A stretch of 64,000 bases of DNA from Octopus vulgaris (Eukaryota). The notes below the pieces were generated by a model. That model was not told the origin of the DNA. It saw nothing but the letters and a program-made list of their open reading frames with translations, and ran no database searches. The stretch is taken from positions 4,402,001 to 4,466,000 of the forward strand of contig OX597819.1 of the NCBI GenBank assembly GCA_951406725.2, in the 5' to 3' direction. Both the position numbers and the translations under genes were made by a program. Each line of letters opens with the position of its first letter. Positions within the stretch are counted from its first letter, which is position 1. Positions 55,145-64,000 of this stretch are shown in pieces.

Positions 55145-55404
55145 GCACAACAGCTTCCACAAGGACATGTGTTACATCAAAAATTCTTGGTTGGGGATGC
55201 AAATCCTCTCGTTCACGTACGACATAATGCGGCAGCAGCATAGAATTGAAGCGTCCATCTCTTTCTTCTCTCAATGTAGAAAGAAGAAAGAGATGGACGC
55301 TTCAATTCTATGCTGCTGCGCATTATGTCGTACGTGAACGAGAGGATTTGCATCCCCAACCAAGAATTTTTGATGTAACACATGTCCTGTGGAAGCTGTT
55401 GTGC

Positions 55405-55482
55405 GCGGCTGAAGAAGGCCACAGACATACATTATGCTTTGTTATAAATCTGTCTAATAAAGGCCCGAAACATATGTACCGC
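55405..55482 (+). ncRNA. Type I hammerhead, canonical core (right-arm copy)
   Basis: GCGG-CUGAAGA-AGGCC...GGCCC-GAAA-CAUAUG-UA-CCGC. Palindromic helix III. Confidence 0.82.
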
Positions 55483-55500
55483 TGAGTCCTTCGCCTCATG

Positions 55501-55587
<87 letters not shown>

Positions 55588-57099
55588 ATATATATACACT
55601 TATCAACACCTGTGGAATCGCGATGGCGACCGAATGGGTAATTTCTTGGTTTCTTTTTTGATGATTGGCTCGAACTGAAACTCGTAAGAAAGACTTGAAC
55701 TCAACACTAGATACTACGAACCACGCTTTATCTGCGTGTTCTAAATTCTATATGTTTCATTAACGAAGCACTAGAATCATAGAATATTCTTGCTACATCA
55801 ATGAGTTATACTTACTTCATGGTTTCTTTGATCATTAAGTGGAACAAAAGCGCAACAGAAAATTATGAGCTTAGTTGTTGACATGATACGAACTATCGAC
55901 TCTCCGCTGCAAGTCCACCACCCCAATAGTTCGATTACCTGACGTTCCTATAGTTGCTAAAATTTACCTTTATATAAGCCGTGAATATATTCCGAATATG
56001 TGCGCGTGAGTGTGTGTGTATGTACATGTGCAAAACCAGTCTTTAAATCAATGTAAATAACCCACAATATATCATTACTTGTCTTCTAATATATATATAA
56101 TATTATAGATATTGACTAGATATTAGCTGAAGTTCAATCGGCTTTATCGTGATAATTACTTAATCAAGTTGTTTACTCTACTGAGGAAGATATCCAATAC
56201 TCATAATCAAATTATATTGAGATACGGTGTAGGAGGAGCTAATTAATTATTTCAATTTAATAATTGTCTATTTGATCAGATGCCCGCCTCTAAGACAGAA
56301 GCGTTAATGGGAAATCTAACTAACTCTATCATGTATTGAATTAGTGTTATCGTCCCTCGGATATTCCAGGCATGGTAATGAATTCATTATTTAATCCTTA
56401 AAGTGAATTATATAGCGGGAAAAGCATTGGAAAGTTATTGTTTTTTTCTTTTTCATTTAAAAAAAAAATATTTGATTTGATTCAGTCATTGAGTTGCGGC
56501 CATGCTAACATACTGCCTTTATAGTCTGTTAGTTTTGGGTGGTTCTTCGTAGTTTTTTTTTAATACTAGGGGTAATGATAAATAACATTTTATAAAGCTC
56601 AGAACCACACTTTAATTATAATCCACTCCAGAATGTCTTGGTAAAAAATTAGCTTATAGTATTTAAGAGTAATATCCAGTTTTTAGAGGATTCTTATGAC
56701 CTTTAAAGTCGAAATAATATTAAAGTCAGGCAGAATGTTCTTAATTTGTATGTATGCGAGGTGTTTTTAAACATAGTATTCAAATTTCAATGTTCAGTTT
56801 CTACTGACAATTTTGTAGTGTGTTAACCTTTTCTCATATCTATTATTTATAGGGCGTCACAACGTCGCAGCCTGCTATCATTTAGCTACAGATCTCTCAC
56901 CTAGTTAATTATTGAAATAACTTCCGCTGGATCCTATAGCTGTTTGTAGTTTAACATGTCTCCGGGGACAGCTTCAAAGGCAGGAAAATGAAATAACAAA
57001 TGACTTTCTGAAGTCTAAAGTAGATGTTGTCAGTTTACACATAAACATATATGCTTAAACTGGCTACACGTAGGTGTGTCTGAGAATGTATCAGCTTTT

Positions 57100-57175
57100 G
57101 TGGGAGGGCAGAAATATGTGTGTGCGTGCGAGTGTGTGGGAGGGCAGAAATATGTGTGTGCGTGCGAGTGTGTGT
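57100..57175. repeat. Tandem duplication of a ~36-bp unit
   Basis: TGTGGGAGGGCAGAAATATGTGTGTGCGTGCGAGTG occurs twice. Confidence 0.85.
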
Positions 57176-57816
57176 GTATGCATGTGTGAATAATTTAATT
57201 ATTGCAAAGTTATATTAGAATCTTCCAACACAAAAATACATGAGATGTCATCACCATTTAGACATTGGCATATAGAATTCTAATGTATTTGCGAAGCACT
57301 TTATCTCTCTATAATTTATATACATTAAAAGAAAAGGAGAGAGGAAGAGAGAGGAGAGAAGAGAGAGGGAAGTGGGCAGAATAAGTTAGTGAAAGAAAAA
57401 GCTTTACAGATAAGAAAGCATTCAATTTATATGAAATTTAACTCTCTCTTTGCAGGTCGGTTTAAGAGATATTCTGTAATAGGGCGGAAATATAAGCATG
57501 GAGATATATGTCAGAATTTACTATGCTGTCATCATAGACAAAATAGAAACTGTCGCTCTATTCACAACAGTTGTGGCTTTCAGAACTGAAAACCATAAAC
57601 ACCGGAACTAAAAGTTAAATTAAGCCTTTAAGTATAACAATGGGTGGCAATGCTTGTCTAATTGAATGGGGTTGGTCGGATTGATATTTTCTCTTCAGCG
57701 GAAACGAGTGGTGCAGCTTTAAAGAGTACACACTAGATAAAGATTTTAGTAATAGGAACCATTGTTAGCTTTTTTAAATCATAATCATGCGGTCTTTTCA
57801 TAGATATTGAAGACTA

Positions 57817-58043
57817 CCGTAAATCTTCGAGTATAGTCCGCCCTTGAGTATAATACGCAGCTTAAGGCATTTTCGCGCCCGACATCACAAAATGCGTCTG
57901 AATAAACATCGCCGGACAGCAAATAGAGACTCGGACATTGCTTAGAAAATGTTTTTCATTTTTAACCTCGTATATAGCACGCACTAGGGATTTTGACCTT
58001 TAAATTTTGGGGGAAAATGCGGATTGTGCTCGAGGATTTACGG
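57817..58043. mobile_element. Tc1/pogo-type MITE
   Basis: Imperfect TIRs CCGTAAATCTTCGAGTATAGTCCGC / GCGGATTGTGCTCGAGGATTTACGG, with TA on each side. Confidence 0.8.
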
Positions 58044-58140
58044 TATATTATTTTGTTTCTTTTATCATTAGATAAGATGGTAGCTTGTGATTCGAGCGAA
58101 ATTTTTCTGCTTTTCTAGTAGGTTGAGTAACCATGTAGAG

Positions 58141-58404
58141 TAGTGGCTCTCAATAAGTTGGGTTTTTTTGCCTCTGGACCCCTTGAATCTTATTTTACTC
58201 TACTGACCTCTATAGCCAATTCGATGCATATAAAAAAAAATATCCCACTGTATTTTAATAATTAAATATTAGGAATTGTATTCAACAGCTGTTAAAATTT
58301 TTTGCTTATTGCAGAATTATAAATAATTTATTGCACGTAAATTTTAACAACAAAATCTTATATGGAGACCCAAGGGCCATATGCATCCCGGTAGAGAACC
58401 ACTC
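58141..58404. mobile_element. hAT-like MITE
   Basis: Ends TAGTGGCTCTCAA / TAGAGAACCACT with subterminal GGACCCC-type motifs. No clean 8-bp TSD seen. Confidence 0.55.
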
Positions 58405-59833
58405 TACATTTCAGAGGTTCTCTCTCGCAGAGAGTTTGGAATCTGGGAGCGTAGAGAGAAACAGATTTTTGTTTAAAAGATATGCTGCTGTCCAAGGGAA
58501 CAAGACTGCTTCCACCGATGTTTTGCAGTGGCTACAATTTAATGAAATGGCATGCTATAGTAGAACTGGTCATGATGAATAGGTACACGCCATAGATACA
58601 AAAAAATAGAAAGCACACGCTCAATTTAAGATGATATCGGAGTTAATCCCTTATCAGATTCAGCGTTTTCTCTATTCAGGATTTCTAAAGCAAATTTTTA
58701 ACTAGTTTACCCATGAGCTATTTAAGATTATTGCAAAGGTAATAGATTCTACTTCTATTAAAATATGCGGGGCCGTATCTAATGTTCGTAGAAAGTGTGT
58801 GCAGATATATTATGCTGTGCATTGCACTTATTCTCTATGGAATATATGCGCACACTGAATGTTTGTGCAAATGTAAACTTGAAATTACAGCATTATTAAT
58901 TAGAAAATCATATTTCATAAATAATAGATTATCAAATGTGAAGTTCACAATCTGTAACTGCGCAGAAATCAGAAGTGTTTCAACTTCAGGAGACCGTTTG
59001 TCTACGTGAAAACACAAAGACGATTTCTAACAGTCAGCAGCATACTTGTATCTCTTGATACGTTCTCTGGATAACAGACACAGCTAAGAGATTACTTTCG
59101 ATAAATATAGTTTCTAATTATAGCTCCGTTAGCCAACTATTTCTTCTATGCATAAAATATTTAATTTTGTGTGCTGGTTGCAATACGTATGTGCACGCAT
59201 GCGCACACGAACGCAGCTTGAAGGAACAGTTGTTAATATCATTGTAAGTGCATTGTATGCATGATATGTCCCTAGTAATATATGCAACGTGCGGCGTGAG
59301 ATTTGAGTGTTTAGGATTATGTACATGATAATATGATAATTATTGTATACCTGTAAATGGGTGTATAGTGTTTAAGGTAATGCATATGTACATGACTTAC
59401 TTTCTACTTAGACATTGATTTCCAGTTGATGAAAAGCAATGTACAATACAGAGTTAGATAACTGTTTCAGTTCATGTATGGAAGCACAGAGACTGTGTGT
59501 CCCTATTTGCTTACGAATGTGTATCTACATTTGCATGTCTGCCTGTGCGTGCCTTCGTACTTGCGTGTATTTGTGTGCGTACGTACGCTCGAGTATATAC
59601 GTGTACGTAGGTGAATGCTTATGTGCGACAGCGTGTGTTCACACATGCGTGCATGGAAAGTGGAACTGGATATAAATAATGATAGATTCTGGAATATAAA
59701 TAGAAGACGGAATAACATTCTATTGAAGCAATAATGAATTTCTGCTGTGAATAGAAAACGATGTTGTAAAACCATTCTAAAAATTGCATCATAACAAAAT
59801 TGCTTTCCTAAATATTTGTAAAACCTATTAATA

Positions 59834-59880
<47 letters not shown>

Positions 59881-62800
59881 GCGTGCGTGTGTGTGTGTGT
59901 GCGTGTGTGTGCGTGTGCGTGTGCGTGTGTGCGCGCGCGTTTGTGTGCGTGTGTGCGCGCGCGCGTTTGTGTCTAGTAGCCCTATGACGATACTGTTGTG
60001 GTCATTCCAGTGACGAAACTCGATAAGCTTTCAAGTCTTTTTAGTGCTTCTGTGACATTGACTGTAATTCAATTTCTGTTGGTTTCCACATCAGATTCAA
60101 GATGCGATGCCTTTGAAATAGAATAGCTATCATAACATTACTGAGAAAGCTAAACTGAACGCTTTCTAAACGGTCCGTTTAATTATTGGAATATGTTATC
60201 GAATACGCAAGTTTTTATTGATTTTTATGTCATTCCGCAATTGAAACTTCACGTTTGTCATTTTATTTCGTTCTTTCGCCTCGCAGCAAAATACGAGCTT
60301 CTGAATAATAATTATTTGTCTGGCCTCTTCGGTTACCTTTCAGAAACAACCACTGGTCACCAGCAAAGGTGTTAGCGATAGGCTTCCTCGTTATTCCTCG
60401 ACTACAATGTCCTATACTTGGCAAGTGTTATCAACCTCAGCAGTTTTCTTCTCATCAATTCCATCTTTTTGGGAAGTATTTAGAAATTCCTTTACTAATT
60501 TCGATCTTTAATCTTTTCAAAGTGAGCAGGCTGATAAATAGATAACAATATTGGGCTCTAGGCAGAGTGGGGGGGGGATGGTGCGACTAGTTCCGTAGGA
60601 GCAAGAGAGGAATAATAAAAGAAATAAAGCAGAAAAATAAGTAGAAAGACAGATATTTAGCAGCGACAAGGATTCTTGGCAGAGTTATTATTGACATGAA
60701 TGCCAAGACAAATTGAGGCTGTCATAGATTTTAAGGGCTACTGTTATATTTCATGCCAGTTACCTATTCTACTGAATTATTGCTCTGCCCTATTAGATTT
60801 TCCTTGCTCATTTCACTTGTCTCATTACCTTTTTATTGCTTTATGTTCTATTGGCTGACCAGAAGTATCAAATTATGTTTCAGGGTTTTCTCTTCTCTTC
60901 CTGTTTCTCAAATATTCTATTTTGTGGCTACTTTGTATTTACGCAGAGGCTACGTTTGATTCCGAGCGGTCATAAAATCTCCATTACACAATTCAAAATG
61001 GAATGTTCTCATCGGCATTCTACTTTATCACTTCAACTAATATACGTCAGTGAATAATAAAATAGGTCTCCGATACAACAGAACTAACCCGTGTCGACTA
61101 ATCAACTCTTCAGTAATCATGCTGAAATGAAAATGATTTTAGATTATTATATTAAAAATCTAAATGCGTAAATAAATGTTCAAGTCAGTGAAGCACTACA
61201 TATATTCTTTCTGCTGTTTCTCAATGAACTGAGAGACAGGTTGCTTGATATATCAAGCATAGAACAATACGGGGAAGCCAAACGCGAACCTCTATTAAGC
61301 TTAAGCAAATAAATGAGAATGTTATGAACCGTTCTCTGTCAGAAGACTTTCACAGAGCCAGATTATAACAAATCACAATGTTTCAAATAGTATTGTTGTT
61401 TGTATTATTTCAAGTCGCTTTAATCAGAATTCTCGAATTATAAACGTAAACTATTTTTCTGCGTTTCCCTTCAAGTTTTATTGATCACTAATCAGTTTAT
61501 AGAAAATAATATCGATATCCAAGCTATTTGTTTAAAATTGCTTCTTTGTAAAATCATACGATTTCATTTTGATAACTTCTGTTGGCAAACAAATATTGAA
61601 GTCATTGTGACATTTTCGGCATTACTCTTCTTTCAATTACAATTACTTAAAGGGCTCTTTAGGCAATAAAAATAGCTCCAAACCTCGTAATCATGTTTCG
61701 TCGAAACAAAACTATTAATCATGCGCTTTTAATCTCGGAGGGGAACTTTTCAAAGTGATGAGATTGGTGTTGGGATAATAACTATTCTATTTTTAAAAGA
61801 TGCAAACACTCATCTGTTAATATTTAGCGAATGAAAGTTGTGTGTGATTAGCGGAGATTACACGATAGAAATAAGCTAAGTTCGGGATTTCGTATGTCGT
61901 AATGAAGCGTATAATAAGTAGTTAATGGCTGATAGACATAAGCCGAATCCCTTAAATAAGAACACAATGTTTTGCCCTGTATTACTGGACTCCATCATTA
62001 TGTCAGCCAAACTGAGTATTTTAGGATCTGTTTCTGTGTATTTATTTTTAATTTCCTAATTTCTAGCTTCGTCTACGAGCGTCTTGTGTTGTGTTTAAGC
62101 TTATCGTATTATAGGACCAAATTAGTCACAGAATTACTAAAACTATGTTTATAACTTTACTTAATATCACTCGATAAAATATTTAAAATTCTGCTCAGCC
62201 TGTTGCTGATGCTGGTGCTGGTGGTAGTCTCAAAAATGTCTTGTATACAAAATGCTGGTTATTTTGATAAAAACTATTTGTAAACTCATAACTGAAATTC
62301 TGAAATAATGTGCAAACGAACAAACATAATGTTTTGGGATAAATATTTATATGTTTGTCTCTGTTACGAGGTGTGTTCATACGTACGCATATTCTCTCAC
62401 AAATTCTTAATCTGATCTCTGTATTTATAGTCTAATTGCAAAAGTTATGCAAAAGGAAACCTATTTGAACTATTGCGTTTGATAACTGGGCTCATTAGTC
62501 TCACAACAGTTGTCTGATTTTAATTTACATTCATCAAAAGCTTGCTGAGTTCCACAAATTTTACCCTCCCGTTTGGGCTGACATAACAGACTATGACAGT
62601 CTAATGAGATGAGGAATTCGGTTTAGCTGGTGAAATACATTGTCCTTCGTTAGTGAATGTACTTGATCACCTCGCACACAGTACTTACTAACCAGTGCTT
62701 TAATCTATCATCTTTATTCTAATCTACAGAACTTTGTCCTCTTCCACATTCCCCTATTTTCAGTTCATTTGAAGATTTATAAACAATTTCGAAAACGTGA

Positions 62801-63101
62801 TTAATATATTAGTCCTAAATGCTGTCTTTATCTACAAGAGTAGAAAATATTCTGTTGCAGATTGTACTTCATTTAGCCAATCTTCTCAACTGCCTTCATA
62901 CCAATATCTGATTCGATATATTCATTGTCATTCATATAAAATGGAATACTCAAAACACCCTTTCTCTCTCTTAACCAGTCTTCGTAGGCTCGAAACGTGA
63001 AAGACTTTTTCTATTTCTATTCCTGAGCGCTATACTAATACATTTGTTTGTTTGTACTCCACCTGCCTTCGTCTTTTGTTTATTTTCGTAAACTTTCCCA
63101 T

Positions 63102-63155
<54 letters not shown>

Positions 63156-63346
63156 TTGGAATGACCCATTTTAAATTCTGTTGGATTTTACTCATAAGGT
63201 ATTGGAATCTTACATATATACCATTCTACCTAAAAAATGGATCTACAAATTCAGTATGAAAAGAGATATATATACATATCTCACATCTATTTTCTTTCCT
63301 CCACCTCCTATCTAAATTAACTATTTCTTAACCATCCTCTCACACC

Positions 63347-63398
63347 GTCTCCGATGAAGGGGTATAATTAATAAATATCTTAGAAACAACTGTAAGAC
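63347..63398 (+). ncRNA. Type I hammerhead (U4C core) in an orphan pLTR-like segment
   Basis: GUCU-CCGAUGA-AGGGGUAU...AUAUCUUA-GAAA-CAACUG-UA-AGAC. Related to 28084-28181. Confidence 0.72.
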
Positions 63399-63748
63399 CT
63401 TCTATCTATAAATGTTCTAATATCTCCACAGCCTTGGTTTTTTATCTCATTACACAAAAAATTCTTATATATAATATGCATACATATAAGAAGAAAAAAA
63501 ATGGGATTAAAACTCCAGGCTAATATCAAGTAATCACTCAGTATAAAGGAATAGGGTTAACGTTCCAGCAAGTAGATACCAGTAAATGTATGTAAAATAC
63601 AAATCCCAGGTAAATCTTCATGTGTGGCAAGTAAATCCAACAATCCTATTGCAGAATTTTAGTTTTCTGTTAAGCATAACGTAGAATACTTGTCTGCAGT
63701 TTTTGTTCTTTAGATATCCAGTGACGTCAACAATTTTAGCAGATATTT

Positions 63749-64000
63749 GAAGCACTCCGTCGGTTACGACGACGAGCGTTCCGGTTGATCCGAATCAAAG
63801 GAACAGCCTGCTCGTGAAATTAACGTGTAAGTGGCTGAGCACTCCACAGACACGTGCGAAAGAGTACAGCAGGGATCAGCACCATCCCCTGCCGGAGCCT
63901 CGTGGAGCTTTAGGTGTTTTCGCTCAATAAATACTCAATAAATACTCGGTCTGGGAATCGAAACCGCGATCCTATGACCGCGGGTCCGCTGCCCTAACCA
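63749..64000 (-). mobile_element. SINE family C head + tail X with internal deletion, running off the window
   Basis: Homology to 54141-54510. Confidence 0.87.

Larger units (their letters stand above)
55042..55507. mobile_element. Near-perfect ~466-bp palindrome (fold-back element) with a hammerhead on each arm
   Basis: Arms 55042-55269 and 55282-55507 differ by two single-base indels that I could find. 12-nt centre. Confidence 0.92.

Noticed and set aside
55050-55485. Overlapping ORFs on both strands with identical peptide segments
   Set aside because: A consequence of the palindrome, with no coding evidence.
57389-59009. Short ORFs and an acceptor-like CTCTCTTTGCAG at 57455 as host exons
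   Set aside because: No recognisable domain or consistent exon chain. Cannot be supported without RNA-seq.
59985-60030. Hammerhead-like GTCA..TGAC-GAAA (similar weak cases at 4205-4240 and 55655-55692)
   Set aside because: The core has multiple non-compensated changes and helix I or II cannot be formed convincingly. At most decayed relics.

Overview
AT-rich, repeat-dense animal DNA, most likely an octopus (inferred from the tRNA-derived SINE families and the extreme (TA)n load; not verified). I cannot support any host protein-coding exon. Bases 1-37000 are a nest of retroelements and DNA transposons, mostly embedded in (TA)n tracts. They include three Neptune-like Penelope-like elements (PLEs; RT + GIY-YIG, one with an uninterrupted ~770-codon ORF), a 5'-inverted Naiad-like PLE, a full-length DD34D mariner with one frameshift, CR1, RTE (5'-inverted, C-terminal C2H2 fingers), Tx1-like and R4/Dong-like LINE pieces, several MITEs and five modular SINE families. 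Bases 40000-64000 are mostly old, unassigned sequence with a few young inserts. The main signal not shown by the ORF track is 13 hand-foldable minimal type I hammerhead ribozymes plus several decayed ones. They include U3:A8-covarying cores behind Neptune PLE ORFs, U4C and A6U variants in short ORF-less elements between TA tracts, and two ~465-bp ORF-less fold-back elements with one hammerhead on each arm. All structures were folded by eye, and coordinates of degraded repeats are approximate.
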